Position numbers and translations under genes: made by a program. From Botryllus schlosseri (Eukaryota), in NCBI GenBank assembly GCA_051294905.1, contig CM119383.1, positions 11,408,001 to 11,472,000 of the forward strand: a DNA stretch of 64,000 nucleotides. The letters are read 5' to 3'. Within the stretch, counting starts at the first letter, position 1. Each line of letters starts with the position of its first letter. The notes beneath the pieces were generated by a model. The model was not told where the DNA came from and searched no databases. It worked only from the letters and a program-made list of their open reading frames with translations. Shown here piece after piece: positions 23,999 through 35,835 of this stretch.

Positions 23999-24191
23999 CA
24001 ATGTTCCCTCTAATTTTTGAACAGTCTGCACACACTCACCAACTCACTGCGCAGACCCTTGGACAAAAGTGCGTAACGACTAAAAAAAGGTCATCACATC
24101 GGATTTTTTGTGCGCAAGTTAGATTTTCTGTGCGCAGAGACCATGTTAGGACTGCGCATTTGCGCACGTGCGCAGCTTAGAGGGAACATTG
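23999..24191. mobile_element. 193-bp hAT MITE nested in a remnant of the long-TIR MITE family
   Basis: 15-bp TIR caatgttccctctaa / ttagagggaacattg; perfect 8-bp TSD tgtgtagg. The flanks (ttgaaccaaatttggtgtg...tttttgaagagcccta at ~24275) match the 57330-57800 family, which also appears at ~20715-20915. Confidence 0.9.
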
Positions 24192-24356
24192 TGTGTAGGC
24201 TTAAATTAGGTAACCTAACAATTTTATCAAGTAGCCAGTACGATTTGAGAAAAAAAGTCATTTTTGAAGAGCCCTATTGTACAGTACATATGTCGCGTAT
24301 TCACGGCAGGCCAATTGGGCAATTGTACGAGAAAATCGAAAAAGAGTGGCATTTAA

Positions 24357-24800
24357 GGTATGGATATATATCTTCGATTATAGTCTCGATATTCCTACTG
24401 TTATCCATGTTCTCTTCTGGCAATGTCAATCGTGTTAGCCTAGCCGCTCGCGAAGGTAGATTTACAAGAGCTGGACGCTTGGGGCGGTTGATTGCGACAT
24501 TGCCTCGAAAGCGAGGAAGCGACGCGTTTCCGATATACCGTTACGGCAACATGGCGTTCACGCTATTGATCTGACGTTCAAGTGTGGAATATGTCATTAC
24601 ATCATCAACTTCGCAAGTCATGCTAGCCGTAAATAGAATCTCGAGGTAACAGCACTCTAGAATTCTATATTTGTCGGGTTCAAGTCACGTGCATATGGCC
24701 TACTGAGCGTTGTATGCAGACTTGAACAACTTGATTCTAGTCGTAAATTAGAACGAAATTTCTGGTGTTCCTGAGAATACTACGGGGGAACTGTATAGTG
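24357..24800 (-). pseudogene. Degenerate duplicate of the last coding exon of the 27710-33751 gene
   Basis: 24357-24531 aligns with 27714-27886 (ccaagagctggacgcttg.gg.ggttgattgcga), with weaker similarity to ~24675 and perhaps ~24800. It translates RNQPPQASSSCKSTFASG*ANTIDIARR versus RNQPPQASSSWKSSFVDGYINPIDIVRR, with an in-frame TAG and frameshifts. Confidence 0.8.
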
Positions 24801-26163
24801 CGAAACGAGCTAGGCTTGCTGTACACACATTTGCCATTCCTATTTTTCATGCTTATGATAACAAACTCTGATTCGATATGAATTCAACTTGAATCTTTTT
24901 TCTTCTTAATTCGGAATTCAACTTATAATTTCCATTTTTCGCGAATTCAGTAATTATAATTATAATTTGTAAGAATCTACGCTGCTATAATTCTAATTTC
25001 AATCTTTATTTGAAAAGACTGAACAGTGAACATGATCTAGTCCAGTGGTCGAGGCCCATAGGGGGCGATTTTGGAAACAAGTGGGCCAAAATACCCAAGG
25101 GTGCGACTGGGGGCGAAAATGTTAGAAATGAGAGACATATTTAATTAACACGGCCAAAAATGCACGCGAAAACGGCTCATTCTGCCTATGACGCGAAGGT
25201 TGACTAAAGTAGGTTAAAGGTCAACTCAACGGAAAACAGACGGGAAAACCGGTTTTCCGAGCACACTCGAAATAAAGAGCTTTTGTTTAGTCAATTCACC
25301 AGCGATCAGACTTAGGTGAATAAAGTTCCCCTCTAAAAATTCATTCTAATGCCGTAACCATCTCAATCAATTCATTACCAAAACCGATCGATCCTATTTA
25401 TACGAAGCAGTGTGTTGCTAATTGAGTTGCTGCCGACGGTGCCAACTATCCGATAATAATAGCGGGCTGGTGATCTGAGAGCGTGTCGAAGTGATAAAAC
25501 GCCACTCAAGTTTAGATAGCATAGTGCATTTCAATATCCATGATTGTATTACAACCGCTAAACATAATGAGTCATTCATTACCAGACGACGCTTATTGTC
25601 TGTACAGTGTACAACAGGGTTGGGGAGGTCAAACATACGGCCCCCGGGCCGCATTCGGCCCGCCAGGCGATTTCATGCGGCCCGCGAAGCAATTCTGAGT
25701 AGATTCATGGCCTACTAAAAACATGCCATGGTAGATTGAAAAATATGTACATTATTCAGTACATTTGTAATATCTGTCAAAATGTTTTGAAGGAAATACT
25801 TGCGTTAAATAATCCCCCGAATACAGCAAAATGTCGAGCATGTGCATAAGGCACATTATAATCACCCAGCTGCGGTGCTGTGGTTTCACTCTAGTTTCCA
25901 CTAGGAACAAATCGGTGACACCCAATTGCGAGAAGGCAAAAACGTCCACACTGAATTGAGAGTTTTAAGGAAAAATGGACCAAATTGTTGTTAATCACAG
26001 AAGCGAAAACGCCAACATGGAACCATCATGTAGTTTACATGGAGAATATATTGGTTGCACCATAATGTCCTATATGGTGTTATTACGCAACAAGCGGGCT
26101 AAGGCAATCGATATCATAATAATCTGACATATCCAATGTATACTATTTAGACGTAGCCTAAAT

Positions 26164-26546
26164 TAGGGTTACCATACGTCCTCTTTTTTGACTTTTTTGA
26201 AAGCGTTCTCGGAGGACGCCCTTTTGTCCTCTTTTTTGAAAATTTAGGTCATATTTAGAGCAAAATGCGAGTGATATGCCGTAAATTAGCACAGCAGTGA
26301 CGGTATTTTGAGCTCTGAGTGAAAAGATGATTTTTTTTTTAGTCAACCACCCGGCAATGTGGAGGAAAAAAAACGGTATTTTGGGCTCTGAGCGGGAAAG
26401 TTGACCTTTTTTTTTAATTTTTTTTAGTCAACCGATCACAAAGTGGGAAAAGTTCACCGATTTTTGAGAATTCTTCTCCGGTTTGGCAAGTCTCAAATTT
26501 CTGAAAAAGTGTCCTCTTTTTAGATTTCCAAAATATGGCAAGCCTA
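26164..26546. mobile_element. hAT (Blackjack-like) MITE
   Basis: Imperfect TIR tagggttaccata / tatggcaagccta; perfect 8-bp TSD gcctaaat; subterminal gtcctcttttt motifs. Confidence 0.85.
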
Positions 26547-27709
26547 GCCTAAATATCTATATAAGTTGAAAGATAATGCGCGAAAATTGGTAGGGCCCTA
26601 ATAAATTCTGTGGACCCAGTTCTACCCTTACAAGTCAAGGAAAGGCTAGGTGTGCTCGCTTCTACCGAAGCGCCTATAGAAAAAGTATCAACAGCGCACC
26701 GTTCATGTGCAACGCGATTGCGCATTGCCGCCAGCTGATCTCGCTGTCGCCGCATCCTTGCTCTTGAGCTACTCTCTCATTTCGCCAGACAGCATTGTTG
26801 CGTCACACTGCCAATCTTCTCAACAATGACTAATTTGGGGCTGATTGTGGGGGTTCCAGGGGCATGAGCGGAATAAATTTTATATTTTTGGACGCAGTTC
26901 AGCGTCAGCTTACGATTGATACCCGGTTCATCAAATTTAATGCTCGGCAAGCCGGTCAAAAATCACCGTGAATTTGCCTTTGATTAAATGTAAAGTATGA
27001 CGTAAACCAATTTTATTGAGCCGTGAGGTTTGTTTGTGTCGACACCATATAGGACACTATGGTTACACAATGATATAATTCAATTATCCGTGGTCGCGCT
27101 CCTGTATCACTTCCGACTCAAGGTCTTGCAATACTTGCTAGAAAAAATATCTACATGATCTGTGATAAAATGTAATATAACTAACTATCATCCGTATATG
27201 CTTGACGGTAATATTTTGAAATCAGTTGACTGGTGCGGCACGCGAGCGACTTGAAGGTTCGAATCCGGCCCGCGCCTTAATTTGAGATTGACACCCCATA
27301 CCCTTCTGCGGTTGATTATATTTGTCTTATTAGGAGCGTCAATTCGATGTGACTTACACGCAAAATGCACGCAACTTGACTTTCTGGCGAGGAGAGGTAA
27401 AGCTTTTCACAGCGGTATAATGTCGAAGACACACGGCGACCCAATCAATATCTTGCTAAGGTTGTCATTGAATTCGGCACTTGGTGAATTTGGCATTGAA
27501 ACTGTAATAACTATATAATATAATAATAACAACAATATAATAACTATTATTATTATGAAAGCGATCCAGCAATACTGTATTAATAAATTCGAAAATGAAT
27601 GTTTCACTGAATATCCGTGCTAATTGTGATATAAGGCACTTGGTGAACTAGTAACCCTTGCGAATATAACAGTCGCTATATAAATACAAACTAGAAATAA
27701 GGGCAACAT

Positions 27710-30700
27710 TCAGGTATGGATCGATCTTAGATTAATCTCAATCTTCCGCCTGTTATCCCTAATTGTTTTTCTCCTGACGATATCAATCGGATTAATATAG
27801 CCATCCACAAACGATGATTTCCAAGAGCTGGACGCTTGCGGTGGTTGATTGCGAGATTGTCTTGACAGAGTAGGCGATGCATTCCCGCTACTGTTCATGT
27901 GACCGCGCGGGTTTTGTGTCGTGCTTGCGGTAGTAGGCCTGGAGACAGAATCGCGAAACGACAGTTCTTCGAACTCGTCTTCCGAGAGGTCCGGCAAGTG
28001 ATTCTTGTTACGTCCGAGCGACTTCATGACGTTGCAATGCTGCGAGGGGAAGCGCTGCATCAGGAGTTGTTCTTCTAATTTTGTGGGGCTTCGGACACTG
28101 CCAGTTCTCCTGTCCCGGTCGGGTTTTACCAGGATATATCTGAATGAGATGAAGTCGAAATTATGTTAGCCACGCTAGTATGTATCGAGTCATATGCACT
28201 TGCGTGCAGAAACGGTCAGTAATGAAGTACTTCCATTTTTTCTGGGTAATCGTGTAGGTTTTGCCTATGTGTACTATTTACTTGAATCAATCCATATTTT
28301 TTTGACTACTTCTACTGCTTCTTGACAGTTTTTAGGCGTAATACATACTGTTTGATAATGGATTGATGTTGGATAATGCCATACGTTTGCATCGCTCTAA
28401 TGAGGGAAGTTGTCATGACATCTGGACAAAAGATTGCCTGTATCACGGTAACTGAATATAATTTTTGTGATGTCATTAGTATCATTTTGCGTTTCATCTA
28501 GCAATTTCGAAAGGGGCCAGAGAGAGAGAGAGAGAGATCAGAATTATTTTGGCCTGCACCATCGAGATGCGATACGACCTTTGAGTAAGGTCGCCTGGTC
28601 TGCACCACCAATTTTTCTCCTTCATGCTATCCGTGGAGGTTGAGCGTCTAGTTAGATAGCCGCGGATACCAGTTTTCAAGTCTTTGGTCTGACCCGGCCG
28701 GGGATTGAACCCACAACCTACCGATCAAGAAGCCGAACGCTTCACCATTACACTATCTCGCTCGATCACCTCAGTAAAAGTAGGCGACACATCGACCAAA
28801 TCTACTTTTGTAAACTACTTACTTCACTACTTTTAGGATCTTCAATTTCTACTTCCTCTTGAAGTAGTTGTGAAGTATCTTGTCAATTACTACTAGTACA
28901 TATAAATGAGGAAAAATTTATGACTTTGCTTCTACTTTTACTTGAGTACCAACGCTGACCACTTCGACAACCTACCCAAAATACTAACAGAACAGTGACA
29001 CCATGAATCCCTATGGGTTTTGCATCTGTGGCGAAGTCGCCACGACAGTTACGAAAATTCACAGCTTTGTAATCACCTCGTCTTTCCAGGTATCGAGGCG
29101 CTGGATCTGGGTCGCTCTGCTAAAAACTTATTTTCGCCCGCGATATTGCCGAGGCTTTTCGACCTGGTCACCTTGACTGCCCGTGGCGACTGTTCGTTGT
29201 TGGTTTTTGACCTGTCAGAATCCTGGGGTGTTTGGGATGATCTTGGACGAATCGTGAATCTGAATACGAACCGACAACTTTTGATTACTGACACACATTT
29301 TGGTAGAAAAAAACGATTACCACATACGTCTTTTTTTCCGCATTAATTTCACTCAGACATTTCATTTACGTATTTATTCAAAACACGATGTGTTGCAACA
29401 CAATGACAAGATAGGAAGGAGTCAAAACGACCTGGCAAAGTCTTTCACTCAAAACCACCAAACATGGCCTGACAAATCAAGAAATATTATAATACAAGCT
29501 TAATAAACTGAGCCATGCACAGATTTTGCACCAAAATGCAGAGAATTAGCAATTAGAGGTCGACGTATCGTGTGCTCAAAAGAAATATCAGCGCTTTGCG
29601 ACCAAGGGCTTCACCTGTATTTTCCGTCCTTTTCGGATATGTCATCAGCATTGCCTCTCTGCACCGCTGATTTCGAGCTGGCAGGTCTGCTCAATGATTT
29701 TGAATGGGCGGTGTGCGACATAAGAGATTGCGATGGAGAATCTCCCCGTAACAGTGAGTTGTTGAGGAGGTACTTCGCTAACGTTTCGTGATCCTCGTAC
29801 CAAGGCTGTTCGAGCTTTTGCATAAGGTCCTAAAAATCGAAACAGATGTGGAAATCTTTAATTTGTGAAGGAATGGATAGACGATATATTCATGATATAT
29901 TTATCATAGTGGTTCTTAACCTTTGCACTACCACTCCCAAGGGGTGATTTTGCTTTTGACTGGGGAAGAAATACTCAGGGAGCACTGAAGAAGGATGGTG
30001 TAGCAGTATTCCATATAGTTCTCATTGCAAATGACAGGATTATTCCCCTGATACTGGAGTCATTTATGGAACTGAACTTAAACAACGGATGATACACTAA
30101 CAGGGAATTAAAAGGATAAGCCTGCTAGATTCTGTCTGATCTCAAGTCTCCAATTGTCAAGGTCAGGTTTACTCACAGGCTGTGCAGATAAAAATTTCAT
30201 TCGCCTTTCTTCTTCGAGGAATTCGCGTTTACCGAGCGCGGCTTCACGCCTTTGTTGCTTTTGAAGTTTCAATAACATATATCTGTCCAACATCCGATTC
30301 TGAAAGTCATATAACAGGTTGGTTGGTAATTTACAAAACACACAATCAATTGCAGTTCCCTACTGTCATGATGATCACTTTTATGAAATTCAAGTGTTTA
30401 ACCAGCTAAGGTCAGCAACAAACTTGAACCCAAACTGCCGACTTCAATCACCTCTTGTTTCATGACTTGCTATTACAAGGAATTCAGCCTGAATTATTCA
30501 GCGCTTGACCTTGAACCAACAATCCAATATTGTTCAAGTAAAAAATAAGAGCCCTAATATTTATAATCGTGCAATCTTGTTTTCGGAGTAAAATAAACAC
30601 AAGTATTCAGTCAATGCAGATCTGTAATGCTGTACATACCTACGTGTTTTGAAGTTTAGACAATGGTTCGACAGCCATTTCTATTATGTCTAGGCCTAGA

Positions 30701-33700
30701 AGCTCACAAACTTTTGGTATACTTGATACCAGTGTTGGGATGACTCGAGTCATGACTTGACTCGAGTCAGACTCAAGTCACCTTTCTCGTATGACTTGAC
30801 TTGACTCGAGTCACTTTTCTAAAATGACTTGACTTGACTCGGCGTATCCAAAATGAGGATTGACTCGTGACTCGGACAAAAATTCACGAGTCAATTTCAA
30901 GTCATCATGAAGTAATCGGTGTCGATAAAATCACTGTAACTTGCATATGTTCGGATTGTTCGCCAAACGCTAGTGTAACCCGTAAGAGCGACCAATCATT
31001 CAATGATCGTGAGTTTTACTGAGCCTCCATTGTTTTCTCACAAATAAATTGACCGCAAACGAAGGGATCCAAGCTTATAGCTTACGTTGTCGTAAACTAG
31101 TATAGTAAACCTCTTATTTTATTGTAATTGAATTCGAATATAGTTTATATAGTCCTCAGCCATTGTCACAGGCTCGATTTGTATCATATCAATTTGTAAA
31201 TGGGTAATGTATTGCATCTTATCAAATTCGTTTCTCTATTGACTATTTTGGCTGGTAACTATAAACTGAGGATATGCAATTACTTACCTCGTTTAGCTAT
31301 ACAGCGCCTTCTTGAGTGTATATATTGAACTCTATATTCGTTCATCGATTCCAAATTAATGAACACTCAATCTGTATTTCCGACAGCTATCATAATTCAA
31401 TGACGTAATCATGCCTCATACTTCGAAAAGGTAATTTGACTTGAATTGTGACTTGACTCGTGACTTGACTTGACTTGACTCGACTTGACTCGAGTCACCT
31501 CCGAAAATCGAGTGACTTGACTTGACTCGAGTCACCTTCGAAAATCGATTGACTTGACTTGACTCGAGTCAAAATGTGCAATGACTCGTGACTCGAAGGT
31601 AGTGACACGATCCCAACACTGCTTGATACCTACAAGCTAGGGTTGGGACTTCGGGACCTTTAAAAGAATCACTTTCCCTTTCTTATGTCCTCTGATGGAT
31701 ATATTTGTCATAATTTACGATATCCCATATTCAGCAGGCACATCTTTAGGAGTATGTGATAAGTTTTTGAAGTAGCTTACACCCGATTACTATCTCTCAG
31801 CTCATTGCCTACCCATTTTTCATATTTTAACAAACTCTTAATTTGTTAACCTTCTCATTCCATTTTAAAAAGCCATCAGGCCGGTCATAAGGAATATAGT
31901 TGACTATACACTTTGACACAGATGAAGCAGCCACTTTCCAGAGCTCTAAATACCACATTTTCCACTGTCCAAAGTTCCCCCGTTCTGATGAAATTTGACG
32001 GGGCAACTTTGGACATCACATTTTCTTGTACTGATCTAAGGGTGAGCCCACTGAGATTTTTGCCATGGATTAAGACTACTTAGAGGTATCTGCTGCCAAG
32101 TTTTGAATCTATAAATCACATGCTATCTATGTTTGGTTGTAAGAAGTTTAATGGCCATCAATTTTGATGAAATTGACCCCCACCATTAATTTATCAATGT
32201 TGGGTCAAGTTTAACTGGTAGTGAAATGAATCCATCTTTTATTGAGACTACTTGTGGTACTCTTGCCTCATGAAAAAGAATCTGACATCCAGCGGCAACC
32301 CTTTTCCATCAATAACCATTTAAATATTTTACTGCTTAGTGTCCAAAGTTACCCTTAAGTCCAAAGTTACCCCGGTTTACGGGTAGGTCTTATTTGACGG
32401 ACCTTGAAAACTGGCATTACCAACACATTGTGAAAATGTGATTCACTATTGTAATATTCCCGTTTGCCACGAAAAAGTCATATTTTCAAGAATTTTATTA
32501 AAAATATTGTTGTGCTTAATAAGGGCCGAAAACTCATTATCTTGATGTTCGTTTGTTTCCTGTTTTCTTTTGCCCTTTTATTTAATTGAAAGACGATATA
32601 TATATATGTTGTGCTCGGCATAATTAGGCGAAATAATGAGTTATAGACAATTAGACACCATGTGAGAAGACAAACGCATCATGTCATCGTAAAAGCTGTA
32701 GCGTTATAATTTCGCAGCTTGCGGACATTTGACGTAGCGATTCAGGTTTTTGGAGTGGTTTTAGAGTGAATTTTAAGTTCTCAAATCCGAAATAAGATAT
32801 TTTCCAGTTAAATATTGTCGAATACTTGAAAATTCAAAACGCCGACGCGGGCCGCGTGTTTGAGACCACTGTTTTAGACAATCAGCCGAGTTTGTGACAC
32901 TGCTTTATTACCAAAATAAGAGATATGGCGCCTCGTAAGCCTTGGTAGATCCTGTTTACAAATCCCGGGATTTCAATGGGAGTAATCCCGGGATCGGGAT
33001 TGATTCAAATCCCGGGGTCTCAACGCTACTACAAGCACACAAATTCCATCATGGGAAATAGTTTCATAAATTGCCCTTTTTAGCATCTCTGCTCCCCATA
33101 TTGGAGAGCACACATCAAAAAAAAACTTTAAATGTTCATTTCTGCATCAACCCTGTGATCTTAGCAAACTGTGTATTGGCAATGAGTAGAATTTGTCAAT
33201 GCCGATTCTACTTAGATAACAGTCTCGACCAGCTGATATTTGTGGTGTACCTGCCAATTCTCATCAAACTGAAGACCATCCTTTTTATATATGGCGTGAA
33301 AGTCGTATTCCAGTAGATTCGGGATGACGAAATCTTCATCATCATCGCTGTCCACACTGCCAGATGCCAAACCACGACACTTATTCAGCAGCTTTTCCAT
33401 ATCCACAATATCAAAGTCTTTGTCCCTTGAAAGTAAACATCAACGTCGCTATATGTCTTGGCTATACGAGCCATCTCATAGGCCTTGCAAATTTTCGAGT
33501 GACATATGATGCGGAATTGACTATTTGAAATACGATGTTTCGGCCATCTTTTAGGCTGGAATCTCTCCATTTACCAACACAGGTTTATGACGCGACTTGA
33601 AAAGCTTGAGTAAGACTATCTATTGGCATACGATTGTGATGATAAAAAGTTCTCACTCGTCAATCTTTCCATCTCGTATAGGTCCTTCCTGCTTCCCAGA

Positions 33701-33751
33701 GCCATTCTCCCCGTTACTGGATTGAGTTTGGTTTAAAATTTCAGAAGACAT
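27710..33751 (-). CDS. Uncharacterised ~406-aa protein. Exons 33751-33657, 33425-33251, 30299-30177, 29829-29615, 29259-29077, 28139-27710.
   Basis: Six GT-AG exons join in phase (2,0,0,2,2) from MSSEILNQTQ to ...NLRSIHT*. The protein has an acidic N-terminus (SVDSDDDEDF), a charged helical segment (KLQKQQRREAALGKREFLEEERRMK) and a Ser/Arg-rich C-terminal half. A possible upstream 5' exon ends at a GTAAG donor near 36413. No family recognised. Confidence 0.8.
28505..28765 (-). mobile_element. tRNA-derived SINE, tail variant 2 with (TC)n end
   Basis: The minus strand has the same head as 35494 (tagtgtaatggtgaagcgttcggcttcttgatcggtaggttgtgggttcaatcccc) and the ggtcagaccaaagac core, but a different 3' half ending in a tctctc tract. 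Confidence 0.8.
30730..31621. mobile_element. Non-autonomous hAT element with GACTC/GACTT subterminal arrays
   Basis: Perfect 12-bp TIR cagtgttgggat / atcccaacactg; perfect 8-bp TSD cttgatac. Confidence 0.9.
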
Positions 33752-35493
33752 GCTTAAAATGAATGGAGAACAAGAACGTGAAAATCTTACTACTGGCCAA
33801 AGTGTACGACCCGCCCACTAGCAAATCATCACAGTCGGCTATCTTAATATATCAACTTATTCAGCAATCATTTCCAATAATAGTGAGTGACTTCATCACG
33901 CTGATTATTACTAGTAAGACAAACGTTGGGAAAAATAATTATGATCTGTGTATTGATGAAGTAAATTGTTGCTTGCAAGGCTTGTTCAATGTTTATATGC
34001 TCCAGATCAGACCATATTTTACGGAAAAACATTCACAGAAACGGAAGATGGTAAAAATATAATATAAACTTACAATTCTTTGTTATCGTTACCGCTAAAG
34101 TCTAAGTCAGCATCTAGGAATAAAAAAGATCAAATAATGGACAGCATACTTTTTTATTCCACAAATATCTTACCAAAAGTTGACTGTCTGGGAGAATAAC
34201 GTTGTTTTGGAGAATAATAGCTCCTCAAATGTGATTCGCTCGATGGAGAATGACCGACGTTAATGGAGTTCTGAACATACCGAAAGGAAAAAATCAAGAA
34301 ACTTAGACATGCCAAAACTACCAAGAAGTTTTGAATTGAAAGCGGAAAATCTGGGCAATTGGACCCTTGAATTCACATACCGTAACCAATTTAAAGAAAA
34401 AAGCAATGTCTTCACCCAAGCAGGCAAGGCAAAAATATGTTTTGTTTGGTAAAATCTTCAGTTATTTTATGGAGGTCCATGTCAGAACAGATTATATGCT
34501 TTCTGATTTTATTTAAATCTGTTCAAAGCAAATAATTGTGCAGGTCACAACTAAAGAAGGCGTCAACAAATATTCGATCTCATAATCCTAATATAATGAC
34601 AATCAATTTATTACTGTACGTGTACAAGTACACTGTCACATATTTCAACTTAATTGGGAAAAGACTTGAGATAGCCGCGTGTGCGTGCATATTAGCCTAA
34701 GCTTCTAATATCCCGGCGAGGTATTTGCAAAAATAGCATAATAATAGCTGAACAGAGTATAGCTTATGAGACAACGTTCTGATCAACTTCATTCTATAAC
34801 AGGATCAAAGCCGAATAGTCAATCTCACAATGACAATCCATATTTCAAAAATTCCAATGTTACTGACAGTAAACCATTTTAGATACCTACCGAATTAGAT
34901 CAAGGTCTTATTTTTCTGGACAGGTATTTTCAAAAATAGCATCTAACCAGACATATTATCACTGCCTAGTCTATATTTCAATCTACTACACCTAATCGGA
35001 TGAGCCAGGCCTAAGATTTGATCTCATAATCCCAATGTAATACTTTTATGATGACAGTGCAAATTGGGAGTAAAAGATTCAAGATGCATACAGCATACAT
35101 TTGGAACAGAAATAGTTCCATAAATATTATCAAATGGTTTGAGTTGAGTTATGGCATTATTAGCATTACCAGACACATTTAATTACTACAAATTTGATTG
35201 CTACAATTCCTATATCTGTGGGTTCTTTATCACATGCGTGATGTAAAGTAAATCAGTGGTTCCGAAATTCCTTCCCTTAGGGTTTCCTATGCGATATTTC
35301 TAACGCACATATCAAAGTGAATATACAAATTATGCTTCTTATGAGGCTGCATTCAGGTTCCGGAGTCCAAGTTGCTTGAAAGCTGATTGCATCTTTATGA
35401 CATGACACTGGTCTATCTGTCACAGCTAACGAAAAATTGAGGCTCTCTAGGGGAAACATGGTGACGACATTTTGAGGCATCAAGGCTCCGACC

Positions 35494-35835
35494 GACAAGA
35501 TAGCGTAATGGTGAAGCGTCCGGCTTCTTGATCGGTAGGTCGTGGGTTCGATCCCCGGCCGGGTCGGACCAAAGACCTGATTAGTAACACTGGTATCCAT
35601 GACTTCCTTGCTTGGCGCTCGTGCATTATTGGGATAGCATATGGAGGGGTGGTGCAAGACTTAGAAAGTCGTAAAAGGCTATATCTGCACCTTCCTTGTC
35701 AGCGGCATATGCACATCAAGTACTCATGGTATGCATATGCACAGATCGTGTGTATGTACATCATTAGTCGGTGTATTGTGTATATGCCGCAAAAACATCA
35801 AGGACAAAAATAAACGAAGTCCTTTCCTTTCCTTC
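35494..35835 (+). mobile_element. tRNA-derived SINE (Arg/Lys-like head, MetaSINE-like central domain), tail variant 1
   Basis: A box tagcgtaatgg and B box ggttcgatcc, then ccgggtcggaccaaagac...tggtatccatgacttccttgcttggcgctc and a (CCTTT)n tail. A second copy lies on the minus strand at 57261-58050. Confidence 0.85.

Noticed and set aside
24110-24574. 154-aa plus-strand ORF
   Set aside because: It runs across a MITE, a second MITE end and the antisense of the pseudo-exon, so it is a composite artefact.
25418-25654. 78-aa ORF as a duplicate of exon 4 of the unrecognised gene (MLSKLEW vs LMQKLEQ)
   Set aside because: Similarity is limited to a few residues with no nucleotide alignment, and its 5' part is a hAT MITE end.
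27225-27290. GGTTCGAATCC B-box suggesting a tRNA
   Set aside because: No pairing T stem, acceptor stem or A box.
30730-31621. GACTCGAGTC and AACTAG arrays as CRISPR-like repeat-spacer arrays (also 22375-23339, 55872-56427)
   Set aside because: The units are 5-10 bp and irregular, bounded by TIRs and 8-bp TSDs, with no cas genes in a eukaryotic context; they are hAT subterminal repeats.
35494-35570. Functional tRNA gene (also 60560-60625)
   Set aside because: The acceptor and anticodon stems do not close and the sequence continues into a multi-copy SINE body.
35277-35657. 126-aa minus-strand ORF
   Set aside because: It is largely the antisense of the tRNA-SINE (GIEPTT is the reverse B box).
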